Assembly (NCBI GenBank): GCA_048498835.1
Contig: JBEHXF010000001.1
Span: 42,932 to 106,931, forward strand
DNA: 64,000 bases
From: Chlamydiota bacterium
GTDB taxonomy: Bacteria; Chlamydiota; Chlamydiia; Chlamydiales; SM23-39
Direction of reading: 5' to 3'
This document shows positions 49,628 through 59,345 of this stretch, piece by piece. How positions within the stretch are numbered: position 1 is the stretch's first letter; every line of letters starts with the position of its first letter. Made by a program: the position numbers and the translations under genes. Below the pieces are notes generated by a model that was not told the DNA's origin, made no database searches, and worked only from the letters and a program-made list of their open reading frames with translations.

Positions 49628-50327
49628 ACGAGCCATTATTCTAGCTGGCGGCAAAGGGACAAGACTAAAACCTTTTACAATCGCAATCCCCAAACCACTC
49701 GTCCCCGTAGGGGATTACACTATTTTAGAAATCATCATTCGACAGCTCGCCTTTTACGGCTTTACTCATGTAACCATAGCCCTCAATCACCATGCAGAAT
49801 TGATCCAGGCTTTTTTTCAAAACGGCGACAAATGGAAAATCAAAATCGATTATTCGCGAGAACAAACTCCCTTAAGTACCATGGGACCTTTAAAATTGAT
49901 TCCCGATCTTCCTGAAAATTTCCTCGTTATGAATGGCGATATTCTCACTGATATGGACTATTCCCAGTTTTTTGATTTCCATGCTGGGGGAAACCACCTA
50001 TTCACTATTGCCGCTTGTAGTAGAGAGCTTAAAAGCGAGTACGGCGTACTCAATATCGAAGGACAAAATCTTGTGGGATTTGAAGAGAAGCCAGTTCTAA
50101 AATACAACGTCAGCATGGGTATTTACTGTGCCAGTCATTCTGTTCTCGATTATATACCTCAGGGACAACCCTATGGCTTTGATCATCTCATGTTAAATCT
50201 GATTGGGAAAAAACTACCTGCTAACATCTATCGTTTCAATGGATACTGGCTTGATATCGGTAGACCTGATGATTACGCCCAAGCCATAGATGAATTTCAC
50301 TTGAAACAAGGAATGTACCTAAAATGA
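49620..50327 (+). CDS. Sugar-1-phosphate nucleotidyltransferase (HddC/GMPP-like short form)
   Basis: Blocks seen are RAIILAGGKGTRLKPFTIAIPKPLVPV, VMNGDILTD, GFEEKP and WLDIGRPDDY. The start overlaps the upstream gene by 8 nt. Confidence 0.7.
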   Translation: MSKRAIILAGGKGTRLKPFTIAIPKPLVPVGDYTILEIIIRQLAFYGFTHVTIALNHHAELIQAFFQNGDKWKIKIDYSREQTPLSTMGPLKLIPDLPENFLVMNGDILTDMDYSQFFDFHAGGNHLFTIAACSRELKSEYGVLNIEGQNLVGFEEKPVLKYNVSMGIYCASHSVLDYIPQGQPYGFDHLMLNLIGKKLPANIYRFNGYWLDIGRPDDYAQAIDEFHLKQGMYLK

Positions 50328-51136
50328 GCATCCTCGTTACTGGATCTCGTGGGTTTTTAGGAAAAGCATTGATGAAGCGCCTCGGTTCTGAAGCCATCGC
50401 CTTTGAAGGGGATGTTTGTGAGGCCCAGGCATTTGAGCTTTACAATCAGATGAAACATGTCTTCCACCTCGCTTCCAAAACTTTTGTTCCCAAAAGTTGG
50501 CAAGATCCTCACTCTTTCTACAAAACTTCTCTTTTAGGGACCTTAAACGTCTTACAATTTTGCCAAAGAACCCAAAGCTCCTTAACTTATGTAAGCTCGT
50601 ATATCTATGGAGCGGCAGACCGATTCCCGATTGATGAAAAAGCAGCTCCTAAACCTCATAATCCCTATGCTCATGGGAAACATCTCGCTGAACAGCTTTG
50701 TGAATATTATTCGCTCAATCTAGGAGTAAAAATAATTATTTTACGCCCATTTAATATTTACGGACCCGAGCAAGGTACTGATTTTTTAATTCCAACGCTG
50801 ATTAGACAGCTACAAAATCCTACAATGTCCATCGGCCATGCAACGCCAAAAAGAGATTATGTTTTTGTAGAGGATGTGGTTGACGCCCTCCTTCTTTCTA
50901 TGCATCGAACCGAGCCTTTTAATATCTACAATATTGGATCTGGAAAGTCGGCATCAGTCTTGGAAGTAGCTCAAATGCTGAAAAAACTCTCGGGCAGTCA
51001 AGCTGAAATTTCCTATACAAACATCCCTCGGAAAAATGAAATTGCTGATACACAAGCCAATATCGAAAAAGCCTGCTCAGAGTTAGGGTGGACACCGAAA
51101 ACCTCACTCGAAGAAGGGCTAAAAAGGCTACTATGA
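50324..51136 (+). CDS. Extended SDR NDP-sugar epimerase/reductase
   Basis: Motifs seen are ILVTGSRGFLGKAL, YAHGK (YxxxK) and LRPFNIYGP. The start overlaps the upstream stop by 4 nt. Confidence 0.65.
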   Translation: MSILVTGSRGFLGKALMKRLGSEAIAFEGDVCEAQAFELYNQMKHVFHLASKTFVPKSWQDPHSFYKTSLLGTLNVLQFCQRTQSSLTYVSSYIYGAADRFPIDEKAAPKPHNPYAHGKHLAEQLCEYYSLNLGVKIIILRPFNIYGPEQGTDFLIPTLIRQLQNPTMSIGHATPKRDYVFVEDVVDALLLSMHRTEPFNIYNIGSGKSASVLEVAQMLKKLSGSQAEISYTNIPRKNEIADTQANIEKACSELGWTPKTSLEEGLKRLL

Positions 51137-52137
51137 AGTCCATCGTCTTACACCGAGGACGCAATCGATTTGCAACACGAATTTTAAAAGAGATAAGTAG
51201 CGTCGACTACAACTTCGATTTTCGGGGGTTTCAAAAAGGAAATTCACTTTTCAATCTTTTTTGGCTCCTCCTTAAAGCTTGGATTACTTCCAAAGAAGTC
51301 CCTGAAGCTGAAAAGTATGTGATTGAGGGAGGATTAGTCTTTTGGGTTGGCTACTTCCTGAAAAAACGCCACCCAAAAACCAAACTCATTATTATCATCC
51401 CCGAACCCGCCTTTTATCTCGATGCAAGAAAAGGGCGTCTTCAAAAGCTCTTTTTCTCGCTGCGTATGAAAGCTATGCGCAACACGGTTGATCATTTCAT
51501 TTTTATTTCTGAAATGGTCAAAGAATCAGCCCTCCCATGGATTGGAGATACCTCTTATGAAGTGATCCCATTTTACATTCAGCATGTTCAATCGATTCAA
51601 CGCCTTGTTCACAAAAACCCCGGTCATAATTTGCTGTTTGTCGCTGAAAGACCAAATGATACAGGCAATATCAAAGGCCTAGATCTCGCCGTACAAATTT
51701 TTGAACGACTCCAATGCAAACGAAAAGATGTAAAGCTGCGGATTATTGGTTCTGGAACAGAACACTTGCGCTTCGATAATCCCAATATTGAACCACTTGG
51801 ATTCGTGAATTTAACAGAAGTTTTTTCTAAAACATCCATTTGTATCCTTCCTGCACGCTATGATGCTTTTCCACTTATCGTTCCTGAAGCGGCTTTACAT
51901 GGAATTATACCTCTTATCTCAAATTTTGTGGGCAGCAAGGAAATCTTAAAACAAGTAGATGAACGATTAGTCGTAGATTCTTTGGATCTGGATGAATGGG
52001 TAAAGAGAATTGAAACCTATCTAGACGCAACCGATCCTATACGCGATCAGATCTATTCTCAGCTTAAGCTCCGATTTGAAGAGCTGACAGAAGAACGAGT
52101 TATTGGAAGATATAAACAGGCTGTTGCACAGCGTTAG
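51133..52137 (+). CDS. GT4 (group 1) glycosyltransferase
   Basis: C-terminal GT-B donor-binding pattern ARYDAFPLIVPEAALHGIIPLISN. ATG 51133 overlaps the upstream stop (ATGA). Confidence 0.55.
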   Translation: MKSIVLHRGRNRFATRILKEISSVDYNFDFRGFQKGNSLFNLFWLLLKAWITSKEVPEAEKYVIEGGLVFWVGYFLKKRHPKTKLIIIIPEPAFYLDARKGRLQKLFFSLRMKAMRNTVDHFIFISEMVKESALPWIGDTSYEVIPFYIQHVQSIQRLVHKNPGHNLLFVAERPNDTGNIKGLDLAVQIFERLQCKRKDVKLRIIGSGTEHLRFDNPNIEPLGFVNLTEVFSKTSICILPARYDAFPLIVPEAALHGIIPLISNFVGSKEILKQVDERLVVDSLDLDEWVKRIETYLDATDPIRDQIYSQLKLRFEELTEERVIGRYKQAVAQR

Positions 52138-53098
52138 TCCATCCTCTCACATCACGGGTCAGCGCATACTGAACATCGTATTGAGATAGGTAATCAATCA
52201 CTTTGGCTAGTTTCTCTAAATTGCGCTTGCAAATTCCATCGAGCAACGCATCTCTTGTCTCAGTAAAATGAAGTTGTATATTGATGATTCCCCGCTTTTC
52301 AAGCAGGACATCGATCACTTTTTTGATGATCTCCAATTCCCATAAAATAGAGATATTTTGAGGCACGTTAAATAATCCATCATATATGCAAGGATAGACG
52401 TGAGAAACTTGGCGCGACGCATAATTGAGTCCATTTGAAGGACTTGAAAGACAGACGTATTCAAAAGAGTACTTTTTTAATGCCTCTACTAACTGCTGCC
52501 TACCCAAAAGCTGACCCATACTCCAAGCAGGTGGCTTAAATCCATCCATTTTAAAAAAGCGACTCAGCCCCTCTAGTCCCTGCTTAATTCTTTCCTCGCA
52601 TGATTCCACACTCAAAAAATCAAATTCAAAAGGGGCATAGAAATCTGGATAGACAGTTTGCACATGATGGTAGCCATGCAAAGCGACTTCCATCGATTCA
52701 TGCTGCAAAGCCTTTAGTAACCAATGATCCGGATTGGCTTTTGCCACATTAAAAGGTTCATCGGAAATAGTATTTGATGTGAGACCAGTTTCCGTAAAAA
52801 TCGGGTTAGGGATAAAAAACAAAGTGTGTTTGAGCTTCGGATAAGCCTTAGAAAAAGAGATGAAAAGATCCCAAATGCCCCCTGGTTTTGCGCCATAATC
52901 ATAAAATTCAGGACCATCCATCAAGCAAATGTCATCATAATGCAATAGCAAGATAGGTTTAGGTAAACATCCCCTCACAGGTTCGCAGGATAGCTCTTGA
53001 AGATAAGATAATGGATGGAAAGCTCTTCGCTTTACAGGCCGAAGCTTCCAGTTAAAATAGGAGCGATAGAATTTGCTTTTAACTTTTCCCCAAATCAT
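52100..53098 (-). CDS. Polysaccharide deacetylase-like (CE4/NodB- or DUF2334-like) protein
   Basis: Candidate NodB motifs are LLLHYDD (cf. TFDD), ALHGYHH (H-x-x-x-H) and FKPPAW (cf. RxPY). This is a weak call made by eye. Confidence 0.4.
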   Translation of the reverse strand: MIWGKVKSKFYRSYFNWKLRPVKRRAFHPLSYLQELSCEPVRGCLPKPILLLHYDDICLMDGPEFYDYGAKPGGIWDLFISFSKAYPKLKHTLFFIPNPIFTETGLTSNTISDEPFNVAKANPDHWLLKALQHESMEVALHGYHHVQTVYPDFYAPFEFDFLSVESCEERIKQGLEGLSRFFKMDGFKPPAWSMGQLLGRQQLVEALKKYSFEYVCLSSPSNGLNYASRQVSHVYPCIYDGLFNVPQNISILWELEIIKKVIDVLLEKRGIINIQLHFTETRDALLDGICKRNLEKLAKVIDYLSQYDVQYALTRDVRGWTNAVQQPVYIFQ

Positions 53099-53206
53099 AG
53101 GAGCAACTCTATTAAAAAAAGGGATAAACTGCAGAGCCTTTTTCTGTAAAACTGCTTTACATCGACTATATCAATCACGCCATGTAGACTAGTCTTTTGG
53201 CTACAC

Positions 53207-54286
53207 ATGTTAAAAAAAATCGCTCTATATCACCCCAATCTCAATTTACGCGGAGGAGCAGAAAGAAAACTTCTTTTGATTTGCCAAGCTCTGCTTGATA
53301 AGGGGCATACAGTTGAATTATATGTTCACCAATATGATTCAAAAGCCACTTTTTGCGAGTTGATTCCGCCTGCACTCAAAATAGAGGTCATCGGAGCAAA
53401 AAATAAATCACAATGGGTCCTAAAAATTACTTATTTGGTCTTGATCAGCAAATACGATCTTTTTATCGCCAGTAATTATCCCGCCAATTTTCCTTTGCTT
53501 TTTCTAAAACTGTTAAAGCCGCGCAAAAAAATTGCATGGATATGCAATGAAGTTGCCCCTCTTTTACATTCTCCAGCTCCCTGGTGGAAAAAAAAGCTCT
53601 TATGTTTTGAAAAATGGGGATGTCGTCTTTTTAACTGTGTCGTCGCCAACTCGTCTTACACAGCCTCTGAAATTTCAAATTATTACAAAGTCAAACCTAT
53701 TGTGATCTATTCGGGGATTCAACTCCCTCTGCCAAATAATGCAAGTGGCATTCGTGATACTTTGAAAACTATTCAGACAAAGCCTTACCTCCTTATTCTC
53801 TCTCGTATTGAAGAGCATAAGAATTTAGAGCTAATCCCTCGGTTATGCGTTCGCTTCCCTGAATTACAAATCATCGTTGCGGGAGTAGGTAATTCTACTT
53901 CAAACCTCGTAAATTGGCAGCATAAGCACCAGAACCTAAAATATTTAGGCTCCATTACGCAAGAAGAAAAAATCCATCTCTATCAAAATTGTCTTCTCTT
54001 TGCCTTTCTACCCAAAAAGGAGCCTTTAGGGGTCACCGTAATTGAAGCTATAGGATTCAATAAACCAGTCGTTGCTTTTGCTGGTGGAGGCCCACTTGAA
54101 ACGATTCAAAATGGAATAAATGGCTTTTTAAACAACACGGAAGAACAATATTTTGAATCAATTGAATATATTTTAAAAAACAATTTTCAAATCCCCCGGG
54201 AAAAAGGATTTGATTATGTATCCAGCCGTTTTTCTGTTGAATCCATGCAACAAAATTTCACTCAACTTTTTCTGAATCTCTCTTAA
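53207..54286 (+). CDS. GT4 (group 1) glycosyltransferase
   Basis: Blocks seen are ALYHPNLNLRGGAERKLL, LILSRIEEHKN and the E-x7-E region KKEPLGVTVIEAIGFNKPVVAF. Confidence 0.7.
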   Translation: MLKKIALYHPNLNLRGGAERKLLLICQALLDKGHTVELYVHQYDSKATFCELIPPALKIEVIGAKNKSQWVLKITYLVLISKYDLFIASNYPANFPLLFLKLLKPRKKIAWICNEVAPLLHSPAPWWKKKLLCFEKWGCRLFNCVVANSSYTASEISNYYKVKPIVIYSGIQLPLPNNASGIRDTLKTIQTKPYLLILSRIEEHKNLELIPRLCVRFPELQIIVAGVGNSTSNLVNWQHKHQNLKYLGSITQEEKIHLYQNCLLFAFLPKKEPLGVTVIEAIGFNKPVVAFAGGGPLETIQNGINGFLNNTEEQYFESIEYILKNNFQIPREKGFDYVSSRFSVESMQQNFTQLFLNLS

Positions 54287-55052
54287 ACCACAAATCTTCT
54301 CTGAATTCCTTATGAATGAAAAAACCAAATGGTTTTAAGAAAGATTCGATTTTTAATTTTGCATCTGGAGTCATTGTTTCAATGAAAATTGTTTTTAAAG
54401 TTAGATTCCTTAGAACCTGCTGAGCTCCCCGAAGCACTTCTAAGTCTAGTCCATCGACATCTATTTTTATTCTGGTGGGCATAGGAAGCTGGTAATACTC
54501 AATTAAATGATCCAAAGTATCTACGTTAACTTTCAGCTTCTGTTTCACATTACTCTCTCCCTTTTCTAAGGAGTGAAAAGAACTTCCAGGCATAAATGAA
54601 TTTAAAAGAAAATCGGTAATTCCTTTTTTACTAGAAAGTGCGACTGGAAACGGAAGTATTTGCTCACTTGCTTCATTCGCTAAAATATTTTCACACAAAG
54701 AAGAGTAGTTATTAAACATGGGCTCAATGGCTATGCATTTCCGATAGCTAAATTGCTTCACTGCACATAAAGATACGCCCCCGACATTCGCTCCAACATC
54801 GAATAAAATATCCTCTTCCGTTCCCTCTTTCAGCCACTCAACTAAATTATAATCATAGAGATAGACATCTCGACGAACTGTATATTCAGGAATCGAATGA
54901 CAGATCATTTTTATTTTAGGAGCGCCTTTCATTGAGCTAACTAATTTCAAATCCTGAGAAAGTGCTAAAGCACCTTTCGGAAATAACCTAAGCAAAATTT
55001 TAGAGAAGGATTTAATTGAAAATAGAACAGTTTTTTTAATTATATTTCTCAT
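54258..55052 (-). CDS. FkbM-family SAM-dependent methyltransferase
   Basis: Blocks seen are ILFDVGANVGGVSL and RIKIDVDGLDLEVLRGAQQVL. The start is moved to ATG 55052 (MRNIIKK), 1 nt after the GT9 stop. Confidence 0.65.
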   Translation of the reverse strand: MRNIIKKTVLFSIKSFSKILLRLFPKGALALSQDLKLVSSMKGAPKIKMICHSIPEYTVRRDVYLYDYNLVEWLKEGTEEDILFDVGANVGGVSLCAVKQFSYRKCIAIEPMFNNYSSLCENILANEASEQILPFPVALSSKKGITDFLLNSFMPGSSFHSLEKGESNVKQKLKVNVDTLDHLIEYYQLPMPTRIKIDVDGLDLEVLRGAQQVLRNLTLKTIFIETMTPDAKLKIESFLKPFGFFIHKEFREDLWFKRDSEKVE

Positions 55053-55053
55053 A

Positions 55054-56064
55054 TTAATCCGTAAGATTGATTTTAACATTTTTCCCGATGGGTCTCCATT
55101 CAGGGAAATAGACAGCCTTTTTGCAGATAATTTCTGTCTCAGTTCCACTTAAAGCAGCTACATGACCAGACAACGAATCGAGCGTATAAATTTTTGTCGC
55201 TCTTTTAAAAAGCAGGTACATTCTCTGAATCGAAAGTTGACCTATTAAATTGATACAATGTTTCGCGACATTTGGCATTTCATCTCTAGGTCCTCCGCAA
55301 AGGATCACTTGCCGCTCTACTCTAATCAACTTGAGCCATAACTTCTCATCAACCATCTTTCTTTTATCACCTGCAAAGGGATGAATTACAATAAAATCCC
55401 CCAAACCATGCTTGAGGCACAGCTGATCGACATATCTTTCATCTTCTGCACTAAAAAATAAAGTTCCCTGCTGAATAGAAGAGGTTATTCCAAGAGGAGC
55501 CAATACTTCATGAAAATGCTCGACTTCATGAACACCTTCTTTCCAAGAGACTTGAAGATCTAAGAGAGATCCAAATCCTCCGGTTCCATGGCCGATTAAA
55601 CATTTTGAGCCAATCAATCTTCCTAAAAGGATAAAATTGCCTCCATAGGCTCTCAGTAGCAAACAAAGATCATACTTTTCTTTTCTACAGCATCTCCATG
55701 TCCGAAAGAACTGATGAAAATAAGAAATCCAAAACCGAATTGTTTTGGTAGTTCGAACGTGCATCCAGTGATCGATACAGTAGACCCTTCGAATCGAAGG
55801 ATTACCCACAAGAAGAGAGGCGGAAGAAGGTTGGCACAACATATCGATGATAGCGTGAGGATACTTTTTCTTAAGCGGGGCAAAAATAGAGGTGGCCAAA
55901 AGCATATCGCCCAAATGATCTGGCTTAATGAGTAAGATTCTATCAATTTGAGATGGGATAGGACGCCTTTTATATGGAAAAATACTCAACAGGCTATCAA
56001 CAAAAGACAAAACAAACAAAACTACCTTATTATTATATAAATACCCCCGATTTAATTTTCTCAT
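55054..56064 (-). CDS. Glycosyltransferase family 9 (heptosyltransferase-like), second copy in the window
   Basis: The N-terminus RILLIKPDHLGDMLLATS is the hallmark GT9 start. The C-terminal IYTLDSLSGHVAALSG corresponds to the xxDSGxxHLAAAxG block. Confidence 0.65.
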   Translation of the reverse strand: MRKLNRGYLYNNKVVLFVLSFVDSLLSIFPYKRRPIPSQIDRILLIKPDHLGDMLLATSIFAPLKKKYPHAIIDMLCQPSSASLLVGNPSIRRVYCIDHWMHVRTTKTIRFWISYFHQFFRTWRCCRKEKYDLCLLLRAYGGNFILLGRLIGSKCLIGHGTGGFGSLLDLQVSWKEGVHEVEHFHEVLAPLGITSSIQQGTLFFSAEDERYVDQLCLKHGLGDFIVIHPFAGDKRKMVDEKLWLKLIRVERQVILCGGPRDEMPNVAKHCINLIGQLSIQRMYLLFKRATKIYTLDSLSGHVAALSGTETEIICKKAVYFPEWRPIGKNVKINLTD

Positions 56065-57167
56065 TTCTTAAACCAAAATCGATTTTCGATTGCGCCAGAA
56101 TTAAATGGATAATTATACAACATATTTTTTCCGTATCGAATATAAACACCGAACATTCTTTTAAAATACTCCAGCTTGAGAAGAAGCCACTTAAAATGAG
56201 TTTGCCAACTATATCTTTGCACTGATTCAGGAGATGATAAAGACCAAAAAAGACCAAAGTAGGCCCATGCGCTGTAAAAAGGATCTCGATTGTTACCTTT
56301 GTCAATTGTTGGCAAAAGTCCTTTGGTTTGCCATTGTCTAACTTTACCCGAAACGGCTTTGAAGAGAGGATCGCTGTGGTCAAGAGCCGCTAGACTAAAA
56401 GTGTAGGCCCAAACAGCTCCTTCTTTATCTTGGCAATTGGCTCGATCCCACTGAATATTTCCCTCAGGATCATAATAAGTTTTTAAGGCTTTTATCGCTT
56501 GCGCCCAAGAAAATGAGAGAATTTCATCCGAATAAAATCGTAAAAAATAACGGAGCTGCGCGGTGACCATCGCTTGATACAAAATTGGCACCCGATACGT
56601 ATCGAAATGGTAAGGAAATCTACCAGAAGGAGATTGAAATCCGAGAACTTTTCGAATCACTCTTCTTGCCATCTCATCATATAATCGCTTTCTAACCGAT
56701 TCCTGAGGGAGAAGTTCGGATATCTCTTTCACAGCCATTGCCGCGAGCAAATTGGTATTTAAAACATTGCTTTTGTTGATCTTCGCTTTTTGTAGATAGC
56801 CATTTTGCTCATTTTCATACAGAACATCCGCTATTTCAATCAGACACTGCTGCATATCTTCATTAGGTCTATAACGGACAGCTTCTACGAGAGCTAACAG
56901 AACAAAAGAAGTTGTGACAAGGCCAGAAAATCCAACTCCTTCATTGCTTAATCCGTACGCATATTCATCCCATAATCCATCCGCATTGCGAGCCTCTAAC
57001 AAAAAGTGACAGAGCTCCAACACTTTTCGTTCATCATGATTGCATACAGCAGCGGATAAATGAGCGGCGGCTATTTCGAAACGAATAACACCATTTCTGG
57101 CTGTATCAAAATAAGCTTCTTTCTCTTGAGAAAATTGAGAAAAATAACGGAGTAAGACCTCTTCCAT
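56061..57167 (-). CDS. Hypothetical protein with (alpha/alpha)-toroid-like repeats (prenyltransferase/terpene-cyclase-like fold?)
   Basis: Recurrent aromatic/Gly motifs occur at roughly 60-100 aa spacing: NADGLWDEY, NEQNGYLQ, QSPSGRFPYH and DPEGNIQWD. It overlaps the downstream GT9 by 4 nt. Its function is unknown. Confidence 0.35.
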   Translation of the reverse strand: MEEVLLRYFSQFSQEKEAYFDTARNGVIRFEIAAAHLSAAVCNHDERKVLELCHFLLEARNADGLWDEYAYGLSNEGVGFSGLVTTSFVLLALVEAVRYRPNEDMQQCLIEIADVLYENEQNGYLQKAKINKSNVLNTNLLAAMAVKEISELLPQESVRKRLYDEMARRVIRKVLGFQSPSGRFPYHFDTYRVPILYQAMVTAQLRYFLRFYSDEILSFSWAQAIKALKTYYDPEGNIQWDRANCQDKEGAVWAYTFSLAALDHSDPLFKAVSGKVRQWQTKGLLPTIDKGNNRDPFYSAWAYFGLFWSLSSPESVQRYSWQTHFKWLLLKLEYFKRMFGVYIRYGKNMLYNYPFNSGAIENRFWFKK

Positions 57168-57258
57168 GAAGCAGCAATATTCCTTGTTTCTAGCGACTAA
57201 TCTACATGTAAAACCCTTTTACATGGAACCCTTATACCCTGTATTGTACTTCGATTAT

Positions 57259-58290
57259 ATGAAAGTTTGTATTGATGCTAGAATGCTCCAATCCAGCGGG
57301 ATTGGAACCTTTTTGAAAAATTTAATCGGCCCTCTTTCGGCAGAACCGTTTTCTACCTCTCTCATTCAACATTCAATGCCGATTTACTCGATAAAAGAAC
57401 AATATACCCTTCCCTTTCTGATCTCTCCTTGTGAAGTTTTTTGGTCTCCCCACTACAACATCCCTCTATTACCCATTCGAGCTAAAACTCGAATTGTAAC
57501 CATTCATGACGCTTGCCATTTAGCACTTCAAAATACACTGGGATGGAAAGAGAGACTCTATGCAAAAATAATGCTCAGTCAAGCAATCGCTCGTTCCGAT
57601 GTTGTAATCACCGACTCCTATTTTTCACGCACAGAACTCTGCCGTTTTTTATCGGTTTCCCCCAATCGCATCCAAGTGATTTATCCCGGCGTAAATACCA
57701 CACATTTTTCGCAAAATTTTTCTGAAAGCCAAAAAGAAGACCTAAGAAAAAAATATTCTCTACCTCCCTCCTTTTTTCTATTTGTCGGAAATATTAAGCC
57801 GCATAAAAATCTTCGACTCCTTGCAGACTGTTATAAGCGATTTTCTCTCCCTCATCCACTGGTAGTAATTGGAAAAATGAGTGGGCTATTAAATCCCGAT
57901 CGAACAATCGATGCATCGGCCATTCAATATGTAGGAGAAGTGACTGATCCAGAATTGCCCCTCTTTTACCAACTCGCAACAGCTCTTGTATTTCCCTCCC
58001 TTTATGAAGGATTTGGCCTTCCACCACTTGAGGCAATGGCAGCGGGATGTCCAACCATCGTATCAAATCGCGCGAGCCTACCTGAAGCCTGCGGAGATGC
58101 AGCCTACTACATTGATCCTTCAAACCCAGATGAACTAGTTTCTGCTATGAGAGAAGTCGGCTCAAATCCAATCGTTCAAGCTCAGCTGAGAGAAAAAGGG
58201 CTCAAACAATCTCTCCGTTTTTCCTGGACAGTTACAGCAGAGAACTATAGAAATATATTCCAACATTTTGCGCGAGAATCCTTTCGATGA
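57259..58290 (+). CDS. GT4 (group 1) glycosyltransferase
   Basis: Blocks seen are [28 protein letters not shown] and [25 protein letters not shown]. The internal ATG 57259 is preferred over the track start at 57166. Confidence 0.75.
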   Translation: MKVCIDARMLQSSGIGTFLKNLIGPLSAEPFSTSLIQHSMPIYSIKEQYTLPFLISPCEVFWSPHYNIPLLPIRAKTRIVTIHDACHLALQNTLGWKERLYAKIMLSQAIARSDVVITDSYFSRTELCRFLSVSPNRIQVIYPGVNTTHFSQNFSESQKEDLRKKYSLPPSFFLFVGNIKPHKNLRLLADCYKRFSLPHPLVVIGKMSGLLNPDRTIDASAIQYVGEVTDPELPLFYQLATALVFPSLYEGFGLPPLEAMAAGCPTIVSNRASLPEACGDAAYYIDPSNPDELVSAMREVGSNPIVQAQLREKGLKQSLRFSWTVTAENYRNIFQHFARESFR

Positions 58291-59345
58291 AAAAAGCATT
58301 GATCACCGGTATTACTGGCCAAGACGGCTCTTATTTGGCAGAACTCCTCCTAGATAAAGGTTACGCAGTCCACGGACTCGTACGCCGTACCTCACTTTCC
58401 AATCTGCAACGCATTCAACATCTCAGCAATAATCCCTCTTTGCGAAATCGATTTTTCTTACATGAAGGGGACTTAAGCGATTCTTCCAGTTTGAAAAGAG
58501 CGATCGAGGCGATTTCTCCCCACGAAGTGTATAATCTCGCGGCAATGAGCCATGTAAAAGTATCCTTCGATACACCCGAATACACAGCGGATGTAGATGG
58601 AGTAGCCGTTTTACGCCTCCTTGAAGCCATTCGCAGTCACAATCCAACGATCCGGTTTTACCAAGCTTCTACGTCTGAGCTTTACGGCAAGGTACAAGAA
58701 ATTCCCCAGACCGAAAAAACGCCCTTTCATCCCCGATCTCCGTATGGAGTAGCCAAGCTCTACGCCTATTGGATTGTCGTAAATTACCGTGAGTCCTATG
58801 GCATGCACGCGTCAAATGGAATTCTCTTTAATCATGAAAGTCCACGCAGAGGCGATACGTTCGTCTCTAAGAAAATCACTCTAGCAGTCGCTCGCATTTG
58901 CCGGGGCCTTCAAGATAAACTAATTCTCGGAAATCTCGATGCTAAACGAGATTGGGGTTATGCCAAAGATTTTGTCGAAGGAATGTGGCGAATTCTCCAA
59001 CAAGATAAACCTGATGATTATGTTCTTGCTACAGGGGAAACAACAACGGTGCGCCGCTTTGTCGAGCTCGCATTTCTAGAAGTGGGTATTACCATAGAAT
59101 GGACTGGCTCAGGAATAGAAGAAAAGGGAATCGACGCATCGACAAGAAAAACACTCGTCGAAATCTCCCCGGATTTTTTTCGTCCAGCAGAAGTTGATCT
59201 CTTGATCGGAGACGCTTCCAAGGCTCGTAAAGAACTAGGTTGGAGTCCTCGCACACCCATTGAAGAGCTAGTTCGTATGATGATCCAAGCAGATCTCGCC
59301 ACTTTGAATAGCACCAAACGAGCTAATTTGGAGTGTCTTGTTTGA
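58287..59345 (+). CDS. gmd: GDP-mannose 4,6-dehydratase
   Basis: Blocks seen are [63 protein letters not shown] and [11 protein letters not shown]. Confidence 0.92.
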   Translation: MKKALITGITGQDGSYLAELLLDKGYAVHGLVRRTSLSNLQRIQHLSNNPSLRNRFFLHEGDLSDSSSLKRAIEAISPHEVYNLAAMSHVKVSFDTPEYTADVDGVAVLRLLEAIRSHNPTIRFYQASTSELYGKVQEIPQTEKTPFHPRSPYGVAKLYAYWIVVNYRESYGMHASNGILFNHESPRRGDTFVSKKITLAVARICRGLQDKLILGNLDAKRDWGYAKDFVEGMWRILQQDKPDDYVLATGETTTVRRFVELAFLEVGITIEWTGSGIEEKGIDASTRKTLVEISPDFFRPAEVDLLIGDASKARKELGWSPRTPIEELVRMMIQADLATLNSTKRANLECLV

